64,000 nt of DNA from Myxococcota bacterium. GTDB taxonomy: Bacteria > Myxococcota_A > UBA796 > CAJQPC01. Both the position numbers and the translations under genes were made by a program. The notes below the pieces were generated by a model. The model was not told the origin of the DNA. It was given only the letters and a program-made list of their open reading frames with translations, and did not search any database. The stretch spans positions 1,283 to 65,282 of the forward strand of contig JAKLKD010000004.1 in assembly GCA_023150845.1 (NCBI GenBank). Reading direction: 5' to 3'. Each line of letters begins with the position of its first letter. Position 1 is the first letter of the stretch. Of the stretch, positions 28,743 to 38,000 are shown one piece after another.

Positions 28743-29060
28743 ATGTCGATCTCAGGTTTAGAGGGTCTGTCCAACGAGGACGTTCATGCACAGCTGAACA
28801 AGGGCGCGAAGTTTGTGCGTTATGGCTACTGCGTCTCCCTGCTCCTCGTCACCTTCCGGCGGGAGTCGGACATCCAGTTTATCCGATACGATCAGAGCGC
28901 CTTCCTGCGAGGTCTCCCCTACACCGGGCTCAGCCTGCTCGTGGGCTGGTGGGGCATCCCATGGGGCCTGATCTACACCCCCTGGGTGATCGGCGTGAAC
29001 TGCCTCGGCGGCCGCGACGTCACCGACGAGGTGCTGGCCGCGGCGCGGGGCGAGGGGTGA
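28743..29060 (+). CDS. Small conserved membrane hypothetical protein
   Basis: 105 aa; GWWGIPWG motif and C-terminal GGRDVT; hydrophobic segments. Confidence 0.65.
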   Translation: MSISGLEGLSNEDVHAQLNKGAKFVRYGYCVSLLLVTFRRESDIQFIRYDQSAFLRGLPYTGLSLLVGWWGIPWGLIYTPWVIGVNCLGGRDVTDEVLAAARGEG

Positions 29061-29078
29061 GGGGGTGAGGGGCTACGC

Positions 29079-29540
29079 TCAGCCAGCGCGGGTGAACCCA
29101 TGCTGGCTGAGCGGCGGCCTGAGGAGACACGGGCCCCAGGGGACGCCAGCGTCGCCCTCGGCGAGCATGAGGTGAAACTTCTTGAGAATCTCTAAGCCGA
29201 TGATGATGTCAGGGGCGTCCTTCGCGACGTATACCTCTACCTGGTGCTCTTCTCCCGCTAACACAACAGTACCTAAGAACACGTCGCAGCTTAGCGCACC
29301 GCCGTTTATTCCTCGAATCGGTCGGTTCATCTTGTGATAACCGGGATACGATTGATCAATCATCAAACCTGACGGGATGAGCAGAGCAAACTCCAGGCCT
29401 GTATCGACCACCACTTGGTTCAACGTGAGCGGTTCAGGCTGCTGATCCCAATGAAGCGTGACCTCGTTGAGAAACGCGACCAACCCAGACGCCTTGTAAT
29501 GTACCGGATGCCTGCCCCGAGGTGCTCCTCGCCTGCTCAA
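29079..29540 (-). CDS. Retropepsin-like (clan AA) aspartic protease
   Basis: VVVDTG catalytic motif, flap-like RGINGG, C-terminal IIIGLEIL; probable TTG start at 29540 immediately after the upstream TAA (start uncertain). Confidence 0.75.
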   Translation of the reverse strand: MSRRGAPRGRHPVHYKASGLVAFLNEVTLHWDQQPEPLTLNQVVVDTGLEFALLIPSGLMIDQSYPGYHKMNRPIRGINGGALSCDVFLGTVVLAGEEHQVEVYVAKDAPDIIIGLEILKKFHLMLAEGDAGVPWGPCLLRPPLSQHGFTRAG

Positions 29541-29541
29541 A

Positions 29542-30141
29542 TTACTCAAACCCCACCTCTTCGGACAGCCGCGTGATGTAGACGATCCCCTCATCAAGCT
29601 CCTCACGGGCCGCCTGAAGTGGATGTACGCCACCTTCACCAAGAAACAGTCGATCCGAGCCGATCACAACGCCGAGTGGGGCGCGGGGGTGCGTCTGACG
29701 CAGCGCCGGTCGCGCATGAAGCTGACGCCGAAGCGCCGCGCGGCCCAGAGCCACTTCTTGTTCACTGAGCGCCGGGGAGACAAGCTGCTCCTCCGGGAGC
29801 TGCACCCCACCCGCCCACGAGCTGAGGTGGGGCGCGGCGGCGAGCAGGGCCTTGCCGCTGTGTACGTCGAGGAGCACCACCAAGGGAGAGCGCAGGTCAC
29901 CGAACTGAGCGCGGCCTTCGTCCCATCGCTGGAAGGTGTCAGCGCGCAGAGGCCGAGCGTCGATGACCCGCACGGCGTCGGGCCTCGCGGCGAAGGCGTC
30001 GGTGACCACCTCGACGGGGCGTTCCAGCCGCTCGGCGAGCGCATGGGCGGCGGATTGTGCGTCGAGCTGGCGCGGCACCCGCTGAAGGACCAGCGGCAGG
30101 CCCGACCGAACCTGCATCACGACGAGGTCGAGGCTGTCCAC
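29542..30141 (-). CDS. Degenerate P-loop partner domain fused to a DUF5678-like C-terminal domain
   Basis: WDEGR...PLVVLL...AAAPHLSSW resembles the LN.xR..PLVxW..APDFWSW inactive-ATPase module; the tail LRQTHPRAPLGVVIGSDRLFLG...LQAAREE..GIVYITRL resembles DUF5678; GTG start overlaps the upstream TAG. Confidence 0.55.
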   Translation of the reverse strand: MDSLDLVVMQVRSGLPLVLQRVPRQLDAQSAAHALAERLERPVEVVTDAFAARPDAVRVIDARPLRADTFQRWDEGRAQFGDLRSPLVVLLDVHSGKALLAAAPHLSSWAGGVQLPEEQLVSPALSEQEVALGRAALRRQLHARPALRQTHPRAPLGVVIGSDRLFLGEGGVHPLQAAREELDEGIVYITRLSEEVGFE

Positions 30142-31223
30142 TAAAACACCTTCGGCGCGCCGATGAGGTTCCGGAGGACGGGATGCGGGAGCCAATAACG
30201 ACGATCGGGGAGGTCATACGGCAGAATGGCGTTCTTGCTGATGAGCGAGAGATCCCCCTCGTGGTTCAAGCTCTTCCCCACCAAGGCGACCTTCTTAAGC
30301 TCATCGGAAGAGAGCGACTGCGCGATGTCTTGGCGAAGCTCATTCAGCCCTTGATTTAGGTTCGCGGCGTTCACTTTGCCCGACTTGGCGGCGGAGAGCA
30401 CGGCGCTGTGCAGAATCCGGATCGCGTCTCTTGGTACACCGCCCGATGTGTAAGCGGCCACCTCGCAGCAGCGCGGGAGATCCCAGAAGGCGCCCTCAGC
30501 ACCCGCCAGGCGCTTCTGGAGTCCGGCGGCGAGGGTGCCAATGGCGGGCTCGTTGGGTGTCCCGTCGGATTGCTGCACTCCGAAGCAGGGCAGCTCCCAT
30601 ACGTACTCTAGGCGCGGGTCACGCCGCTCTCGGGGCGTGAGCGTGAACCAAGGATGAGCGCCGACAAAGACGACGGAAGGGAGTTCATCAAGGGGGAGGT
30701 TCTGTGCGGCGCCGAAGAAGGTGGCTTGATCATTTGAGAGGAGGTCAAGGCCATCGATCAGAAGGAGGCCTGGTAGATTGTTACCGCCGCTGAAAAAGTC
30801 ACGCTCAAACAGAAGGGTTGAGAGAACACCCTCACCTGTTTGATGTGAAACCGCTGCGGCATTTTCCCGCTCTTCCTCTGACGCGCCGAGCGCAAGCTTG
30901 ACGGCATCGAGGAGTTGACCAACCACATCCTTCGCCGTCCTCAGCTGCTGCGACGGCCTCCCCACCGACACCACCAAGACCTTCGCCACCCCCGACAACC
31001 CTTTTGCCCAACGCCGCAGCTCCGTCGTCTTCCCGACCCCGATCGGCCCATGCAGCACCGCGCGAACCGTCTGTCCTGCGGAGAGCATTAGCTCCATCTG
31101 CTCCAGCTTGTCCCACCCCCGAGCCATACCTTCCCACTCACGATCGACGTACTCTCCGTCATTCGCAGGCAGGGTCGGGTTCAGCCTCTTCAGAGCGTCG
31201 ATGATTAGCGGGTTGATGGCCAT
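30141..31223 (-). CDS. P-loop ATPase (AAA+/STAND-like)
   Basis: NP..P....YVDR, Walker A GPIGVGKTT, Walker B LLLIDGLD, SGGVPRDAIRIL, terminal WLPHP. Confidence 0.85.
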   Translation of the reverse strand: MAINPLIIDALKRLNPTLPANDGEYVDREWEGMARGWDKLEQMELMLSAGQTVRAVLHGPIGVGKTTELRRWAKGLSGVAKVLVVSVGRPSQQLRTAKDVVGQLLDAVKLALGASEEERENAAAVSHQTGEGVLSTLLFERDFFSGGNNLPGLLLIDGLDLLSNDQATFFGAAQNLPLDELPSVVFVGAHPWFTLTPRERRDPRLEYVWELPCFGVQQSDGTPNEPAIGTLAAGLQKRLAGAEGAFWDLPRCCEVAAYTSGGVPRDAIRILHSAVLSAAKSGKVNAANLNQGLNELRQDIAQSLSSDELKKVALVGKSLNHEGDLSLISKNAILPYDLPDRRYWLPHPVLRNLIGAPKVF

Positions 31224-31229
31224 TGGGGG

Positions 31230-31259
31230 AGTATAAAGCCCGCCCTCCCCCCTGGTCAA
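31230..31259 (-). promoter_or_regulatory. Sigma70-type promoter predicting a leaderless ATPase transcript
   Basis: Minus strand TTGACC (31254-31259), 18 bp spacer, TATACT (31230-31235), then CCCCCA-ATG (31223); no SD sequence. Confidence 0.6.
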
Positions 31260-31309
31260 CTCAGGCCCTCCCGCTTGTGCGAATCGCCAAGGGGGTGTAC
31301 CCTCCGGGC

Positions 31310-31735
31310 ATGGACCCAACCCTCGAAGACACGCTCCTCAAGCTCCTCCGCGCGCCTGACCGCCGACCGCTCGTGCTCGCCATGTGCGCCTGCGCTCGGC
31401 GGCAGCTCGCCGTCGCCGCCAAGGTGGACGCCCGCAACACCCGGCTCATCGAGACCGCTGAAGGGTGGGCCGCGGGGCGCGTCACGACCGTCGAGGCCCG
31501 GGAGGTCGCCTGGTGGGGTAAACAGGTGCCGGGGAGCCTCTTCCCGATGGCCTGCCTGCGGGTCATCGTCGCCCCCTCGGATGACCGCGAGGCCGCCGTC
31601 CGTATGCTCGCGACGCAGCTCCCGACGGTCGTCGCGATGGCGAAGCGCCCCCAGCCGCACGAGGCCCCGGCCCTCATCGCCGGGACGGTGCAGACCCTCC
31701 GCGCCCTCGCCGAGAGCGCCGCAGCGGCGGTTTAG
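31310..31735 (+). CDS. Hypothetical helical protein, possibly Imm5-like immunity protein
   Basis: AMCACARRQL...LIETAEGWAAG resembles the CAERVL..AIE.A..W..G pattern of Imm5-like proteins. Confidence 0.5.
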   Translation: MDPTLEDTLLKLLRAPDRRPLVLAMCACARRQLAVAAKVDARNTRLIETAEGWAAGRVTTVEAREVAWWGKQVPGSLFPMACLRVIVAPSDDREAAVRMLATQLPTVVAMAKRPQPHEAPALIAGTVQTLRALAESAAAAV

Positions 31736-32688
31736 GTCAGCGCGCCGCCGCAGCTCGAACCCGCCCCGGCCGTACACCCGAAGCAGTGACGCCCTACGGT
31801 GATGGGCGCGCCGTCGAGCTCGGACACCCGACCGAGCTCCCGCACATGGCGCCGCGGCCCTGGCGAGGGCAGCCCGAGCATCTGATTGAAGTCACAGTCG
31901 TACAGCCCGCCGTCCCATGAGACGCTCACGAGGTGACGACACATGAGCCCCGGGACCGTCGCGGCGTTGAAGCTCGACTCCAAGAGGGCCTCGTACTGTG
32001 TGGTCTTGCCTTGGCGAGAGAGGTCCGCGGCGAAGCGCGCGATGGGCAGGTTGGTCAAGGTGAGCAGGTTCGTGAACACGAGGCCGTGGTCATCGCGCAA
32101 GCGACGGCGGTAATCGGCCTCCAAGGCGGCCTGGCTCGGGGGCAGGTGGGCGCCGCCGGGGTTGTACACGAGGCTCAGGGTGAGGCCCGCGCCGGGCTGG
32201 CCATACCCCAAGGCGTTCAGCCGCCGCAGCGCCTCGACGCTGGCGTCGTACACCCCGCGGCCGCGCTGGCGCTCGACGTTGTCCCGGAGGTAACAGGGCA
32301 TCGACGCGACAATCTCGACGCCCTCGGCGGCCAAGAACGCGGCGGTGTCCTCCTGGCCGGGCTCCAAGAGCACGGTGAGGTTGCAGCGGTCCATCACCCG
32401 GCGCCCCAAGGACCGCCCGCCGCGCACGAGGTCGCGGAAGCGTGGGTGCAGCTCAGGGGCGCCCCCGGTGATGTCGAGCAGGCCGAGGCTCGGGTTCGCC
32501 GCGAGGGCGCGGAGCACGTCCTCGACGACCTCGTCGGGCATCTGCTCCTTCCGGTGGGGCCCGGCGTCGACGTGGCAGTGGGCGCAGGTCTGGTTGCAGC
32601 GTTTGCCCAGGTTGACCTGGAGCCAGGACGGCGACTCCCGGCGCAGCGGGCCCAGCCCGGCCTGGTGGAGCGCGTCCTCAAAGGTCAT
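31732..32688 (-). CDS. arsS: Radical SAM protein, ArsS/DUF3641 family
   Basis: LQVNLGKRCNQTCAHCH, DITGGAPE, MC...SV.WDG.LYDCDFNQM, HCFGCTAGAGSSCGGAL. Confidence 0.88.
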   Translation of the reverse strand: MTFEDALHQAGLGPLRRESPSWLQVNLGKRCNQTCAHCHVDAGPHRKEQMPDEVVEDVLRALAANPSLGLLDITGGAPELHPRFRDLVRGGRSLGRRVMDRCNLTVLLEPGQEDTAAFLAAEGVEIVASMPCYLRDNVERQRGRGVYDASVEALRRLNALGYGQPGAGLTLSLVYNPGGAHLPPSQAALEADYRRRLRDDHGLVFTNLLTLTNLPIARFAADLSRQGKTTQYEALLESSFNAATVPGLMCRHLVSVSWDGGLYDCDFNQMLGLPSPGPRRHVRELGRVSELDGAPITVGRHCFGCTAGAGSSCGGALT

Positions 32689-33119
32689 GGGGTGAGCCCC
32701 AAGCTCGCCGCGCGGCAGGTGTTGTACACGCGGACCACCCGACCCGTCGGCACCGTGGTGAGGATCACGCCGACCCCCGCCAAGGTGACGGACCCCGCGG
32801 CGACGTAGCCCGCGCCGCCCGTCGAGAAGAAGATCCCGGCGACGAGGATCGAGCCCGCCCCGCCGAAGGCCATCGCCGCGCCCACCTTCCGCCGGGCGTC
32901 TCGGCGGCGCTGAATCGGCGCGCTCCCCTCACACTCCCGCATCAAGGCGTCCACGAGCTCACGCTTCTGGTGGCGGTCGGCGTCGATGGGCACCCCGTCG
33001 AGGACGAGCTCCCCGCGGAGGGGCTTGTACTCGACACGAAGGGGCAGCTCCGGCGGAGGCTCCTCGGCCCGCGCCGCGCCGCTGAGGGTAAACGACAAGA
33101 GCAAGGCGAAGAGGCTCAT
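32685..33119 (-). CDS. Hypothetical exported/membrane protein
   Basis: Signal peptide, two hydrophobic segments; overlaps both neighbours by 4 nt. Confidence 0.6.
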   Translation of the reverse strand: MSLFALLLSFTLSGAARAEEPPPELPLRVEYKPLRGELVLDGVPIDADRHQKRELVDALMRECEGSAPIQRRRDARRKVGAAMAFGGAGSILVAGIFFSTGGAGYVAAGSVTLAGVGVILTTVPTGRVVRVYNTCRAASLGLTP

Positions 33120-33385
33120 AAACCCTCGACGGAGAGGTGGATGGACCGGACCAAGGTCGCGCGGCCGTCGATGAGCTGGATCGAGACGGCGAGTCCCGCC
33201 CCCTCCTGGCGCACGTTCACTTGGCTCTTGCCGAAGCCCCGGCGCAGGAGCACCCCCCGAGCCGCCGTCGCGACGACGCCGGGCAGGCCGGGGCGCATGT
33301 TCTGGCCGACGGCCACGGCCTCCACGGCGTCCTGCAGCTCCTCCTCCAAGGAGCGCGGGGCCGCAGGGGGAGGCTTCGGCCTCAA
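33116..33385 (-). CDS. Hypothetical protein (89 aa)
   Basis: 4-nt overlaps with both neighbours in a co-directional operon. Confidence 0.55.
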   Translation of the reverse strand: MRPKPPPAAPRSLEEELQDAVEAVAVGQNMRPGLPGVVATAARGVLLRRGFGKSQVNVRQEGAGLAVSIQLIDGRATLVRSIHLSVEGL

Positions 33386-33816
33386 GGGCGGGCCGCGGGC
33401 AGGCTCAGCCCACCCAAGGCCAAGAGCGTCTCACGCTCGGCGTCGGTCACCGGGCTCACCGAGAGCCGCCCCTGGCGCACGAAGGCCATGCCCATGAGCG
33501 TGGGGTGGGCCTTAATCTCTTTGAGGGTGACCGGCCGGGGCAAGGCGGCGACGGGGGCGAGGTCGACGCCGACCCAGCGGTCGTCGCCCTCGTCCGCGCT
33601 GGGGTCGCGCCGCGCGGCGCCGACCACCCGGGCGAGGCCCACCACGGCGAGGCCCTCGTTCGAGTGGTAGAGGAAGAACTCGTCGCCGACGGCCATGGCC
33701 TGGAGGTTGTTGCGGGCCTGGGCGTTGCGCACCCCGTCCCAGAACGTGCTCCCTTGGCGCACGAGGTCGTCCCACGAGAACTTGAACGGCTCGGTCTTGC
33801 CTAACCAGGCGGCCAT
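33382..33816 (-). CDS. EVE domain protein
   Basis: WLGKTEP..FSWDDL, WDGVRNAQARNNL, GD..FLYHS, RLSVSPV. Confidence 0.92.
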   Translation of the reverse strand: MAAWLGKTEPFKFSWDDLVRQGSTFWDGVRNAQARNNLQAMAVGDEFFLYHSNEGLAVVGLARVVGAARRDPSADEGDDRWVGVDLAPVAALPRPVTLKEIKAHPTLMGMAFVRQGRLSVSPVTDAERETLLALGGLSLPAARP

Positions 33817-33835
33817 CTGTGGTGCTCCCCGGCGG

Positions 33836-34912
33836 TCAGCCGCCGAGCTCCTTGTCGATCACAGCCTTAAAGACCTCTTTAGGCACGGCGCCGTTCAAGA
33901 ACACGCCGTTGATGAAGAAGGCCGGGGTGCCGCTGATGCCCGCGGCCTGACCCGCCTCGAAGTCGGCGGTGATCTCGGCGACCTGGGACGTGGGCTCCGC
34001 CACGCAGGCTTTGTACGCCTCGACGTCCAAGCCCAGCTTGCCCGCGGTGGCCTCCATGCCCGAGGCGGAGAAGTCGCCGGTGCGCATGAGCACGTCGTGC
34101 ATCTCCCAGTACTTGCCCTGGCTGCCCGCGCAGTTCGCGGCGATGGACGGCCCCATGCCCGCGGGGTTCGGGCCGCCGAGGGGGTAGTCGCGGTAGACGA
34201 CCTTCACCTTGCCCTTGTACTCGTCGAGCAGCTCGACGAGGGTGGGGTAGACCTTACGGCAGTACCCGCACTGGTAGTCGGCGAACTCGACGATGGTGAC
34301 CGTCGCGGCGGCGTCGCCGAGGGCCGGGTCGTCGTCGGGGGAGACCTCAATCTTGGGCAGGTTGGGGTACGGGAGCTGAATCTTGAGGCCGTGCTTGGCC
34401 TTGAGCTCCTCGAGGTAGGCGCCCATGCGCTCGTTCTCGGCGTTGCGGGTCCAGGCCTGGGTGACCTGCTCCAGGATGGCCTCCAGGGGCGCGTCGGTGC
34501 GCATCTGGCGGCGGACGTAGGGGTAGACCTCCTCAAGCTGGGCCTGGGTGGGCTTGGCGATCTTGTCCTGGACCTCGGCCTTGAGCAGCGCCTCGGTGCT
34601 GAGCCCGCGGGCCTTGGCCTCGGCGTCGATGAGCGCGCGCAGGGCGAGCTCCTCGGCGGTCTGGCGCTCGGCGTTGTAGCGGTTCTGGAGGTACTCGACC
34701 TCCATCATCACGAGCTGCTTGCCGAGGCGGGTCTGCACCTCGGAGTAGTTGAGCTGGCCGCCGCTCCACACGGCGACGACGCCCGAAGGATCCTGGGTTG
34801 ACGCGGGCGCAGAGGCCGCAGGGGGGCCCGCCGGGGCGGGGCCAGCGGTGGTGCCGGAGGGCGCGGCGTCTTGCGCGCCGCCGCAGGCCAGGATCACGAG
34901 GAGCGAGAGCAT
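33836..34912 (-). CDS. DsbA/thioredoxin-fold lipoprotein
   Basis: Lipobox ILAC; EFADYQCGYC, RDYPL, GISGTPAFFING. Confidence 0.88.
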   Translation of the reverse strand: MLSLLVILACGGAQDAAPSGTTAGPAPAGPPAASAPASTQDPSGVVAVWSGGQLNYSEVQTRLGKQLVMMEVEYLQNRYNAERQTAEELALRALIDAEAKARGLSTEALLKAEVQDKIAKPTQAQLEEVYPYVRRQMRTDAPLEAILEQVTQAWTRNAENERMGAYLEELKAKHGLKIQLPYPNLPKIEVSPDDDPALGDAAATVTIVEFADYQCGYCRKVYPTLVELLDEYKGKVKVVYRDYPLGGPNPAGMGPSIAANCAGSQGKYWEMHDVLMRTGDFSASGMEATAGKLGLDVEAYKACVAEPTSQVAEITADFEAGQAAGISGTPAFFINGVFLNGAVPKEVFKAVIDKELGG

Positions 34913-35009
34913 GACGTTCACCAGTTTCGTAGAGGTGGCTGAGCCCACCCCTAACACAGCCCGGGGCGAGACGGGGTATGTTCATCGGCTTCGGAGTGGA
35001 GCGGCCTCG

Positions 35010-38000
35010 GTGAAGGATGTCTCGATCCCGATCCCGACTCAGATCGGACCTTACCGCGTCGTGCGTCCCCTGGCCCAAGGGGGGATGGCCGCCGTGTTTG
35101 AGGTGGAGGACCCCCACACCCGCGAGCGCCAGGCGCTCAAGCTGCTCACCCACCGCGGCGTCGCCTCCCCACGCCTGAGCCGGGAGTACCGGGCCCTCAC
35201 CCGCCTCGACCACCCGAACATCGTGCGGGTCTACCGCTACGGCGCCCACGAGGGCACGCCCTACCTCACGATGGAGCTCCTCGACGGCGTGCCGGTGCAG
35301 GTCTGGGCGAAGGCCCTCGGCAAGCCCGGCGAGCCCCAGCGCACGAAGGAGGTGCTGCGGGTGGTCGCGTCGGTGGCCGACGCCTTGGACTACCTGCACG
35401 GCCGCGGCATCGTCCACCGCGACCTCAAGTCGGCGAACATCCTCGTGCTCCGGGACGGCCACGCGAAGCTGCTCGACTTCGGCACGGCCCGGCTCTTGGC
35501 CGACGAGTCCATCACCCGGGCCGGGGAGTTTGTCGGCACCTTCGCCTACGCCTCGCCGGAGCAGATCACCGGGGGCGTGGTGGACGCCCGCTCGGACCTC
35601 TACTCCTTGGGCGCGCTGTTTTACCGGCTGTGCACGGGCAAGCGGGTGTTTGAGGCCGACACCCCCCACGAGCTCGCCCGGATGCACGTCGAGCGCCGCC
35701 CGGTCCCGCCCCGGGCTCTGGTGCCGAGCCTCCCCGAGGAGGTCGAGCGCCTCATCCTGGAGCTGCTCCAGAAGGACCCCGGCCAGCGCCCCCAGCGCGC
35801 CCGTGACCTCGCCGACCGCATCCGGGGCCGCGAGCCGAGCCCCAGCCAGGCCCTCGTCGTCTCCAAGCCGACCCGCCTCGTCGGGCGCCAGGCCGAGCTG
35901 GAGTCGATCCGGGCGACCTTACTCAAGGCCCGGCCCGGGCGGATGGTGCTCATCGTCGGGGCGCCGGGCTCCGGGCGGGGTCGGCTGCTCAAGGCGGCCT
36001 GCGCCGAGGCCCGGGGGCTCGGCTGGCGGGTGTTCATGTCGTCGTTCGGTGGGGCGCCGGGCCTCGCCGCCCTCATGGAGCTCGCGGACGCGGCCTGGTC
36101 GTCTCTGCCCCGGGCCCAGGCCATCGACCTCGCCCAGGCGATGCTCACCCTGCGCCGCTGGGACCGCAGCGCCGCCGAGGCCGAGCCCGGCCCCGAGGGC
36201 CTCGCCGAGACGATCGACGCCCTCACCCGGGTCATCCAGGCCCGGGCGAGCCTCGACGAGCACCCCCTGGCCCTGGGCCTCTCCGCGCTCCAGCGCTGCT
36301 CCCCCTTCGCCCTGGACGTCATCGCGGGCCTGCGCCAGCAGCTCCGGGAGCAGAAGGTCGCCGTGGTGCTGCTCGCGGCGAGCTCGGATGAGTCCGACGC
36401 CCCCGGCGCCGCCTTACGCCAGCGCCTCCCCGACGCCTGGCGGGTGAACCTCCAGCCCTTGACCGTCGAGGAGGTCGGCGAGCTCATCCAGGGGATGCTC
36501 GGCGGGCGTGTGCCCTCCACGGAGCTCTCCCGGAACATCCACCAGGTCACCGGGGGCCTGCCCGGCTACGTCGAGGAGATCCTCCGGGCGATGGTGCAGT
36601 CCGGCGCCCTCGAGGCCCGCCGCGCCGGGGCGAGCATCACCTGGGTGGACCGCAGCGAGGGCCGCATCGCGATCCCCGGCTCGGCCCGTGAGGCGATCAC
36701 GCTGCGCTTGGACGCCTTGCCCCGGCCCGGGCGCCGTCTGGTCGAGGCCCTGGCCGTCGCCGGGGGTGAGGCGCCCTCGTCGATGCTCGCCTTCGCCCTG
36801 GATCTGGAGCAAGACGCCGCCGTCGAGGGCCTGGAGGAGCTCGCCGGGCGCCGCATCGTCGAGTGCCGGGAGGAGGCCGGGGTCGAGCGCTGGACCTTCC
36901 GCCTGGGCATGACCCGTGAGCTGGTCATGGAGCGGCTGCGGGCGAGCCGCCGCTACGTCCTGCGCAAACGCCTCGCCCAGGCCGTCGTCGAGGAGCCGCC
37001 GGGTCCCCGCCGGGCGGAGCTCCTCGCCGCCGCCCAGCAGGTGGACGAGGCCCTGAACGACATCGTCTCGTGGGCCGAGCCGATGATCGAGTCCGGCCGC
37101 GCCGGGGAGGTCTTGCCGAGCCTGGAGCAGGTCAGCGCCGCCTGCCAGCGCACGAGCCCCCAGGACCGCGCGGCCTGGGCCCGGCTGCACCTGCTCTTGG
37201 GCCGGGCGCTCTCCGAGGCCCGCCCTGGCGACGGCTCGGCGGAGGCGGCGTTCCGTGAGGTCCACGCCCTCACCGACAACCCGCGGCTGCGCGCCGAGGC
37301 CGACCTCTACAACGCCCGGCTCTGCGTGCAGCGCGGCGAGCTCGACCGGGCCCAGGCGCTCCTGAGCCGGGCCTATGAGCTGAACAGCCGCAGCAGCTCC
37401 CCGCGGCTGGAGGCCCGGGTGTGCCGGGACATCGGCTCGGTGCAGTGGCTCATCGCCCGCTTTGAGGACGCCGGGCGCTGGTTCGACGCCGCCCTCGACG
37501 CCGCCCGGCGCGACGGCCACCCCCGGGAGATCGCCCGGTCCTTGGTGTCTTTCGGCGTGTTCTGTGAGGTGCGCGGGCGGCTCACCGAGGGTGAGCGGGT
37601 GCTGCGGGAGGCCGTGGGGCTCTACGACTCCGTCGGTGATCGGTACGGCCAGTGGTACGCCCAGGCGAACCTCGCCGAGGTGCTGCGCCAGCGCGGCGCG
37701 TTCTCCGAGGCCGTCGCCGCCCTGGAGCCCCAGCTCCGCGCCGCCCGGGACGGCGGCCCCCGCGGGCGCTGGGCGATGATGAACCTCAACCTCGCCGAGC
37801 TGGAGATCGAGCTCTACCACCTCGGCCGCGCCCGGGAGCGCCTCGCGACGCTCACCGCCGAGCTCGATCCCCGGGAGCACCTCCACCTCTGCGTCGGCGT
37901 CGCCTTGGCCCAGGCCCGGGTCGCCTTGCTCTCCCAAGAGCAGCGGAAGGCCGTCGAGATCCTGGAGCCCGCCCTGCGCTCCGCCGAGGCCGCCGGGCTC

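Noticed and set aside
31732-31770. Selenocysteine in the ArsS C-terminal GSS(C/U)GG motif
   Set aside because: The codon is TGC (Cys); no in-frame TGA at that position.
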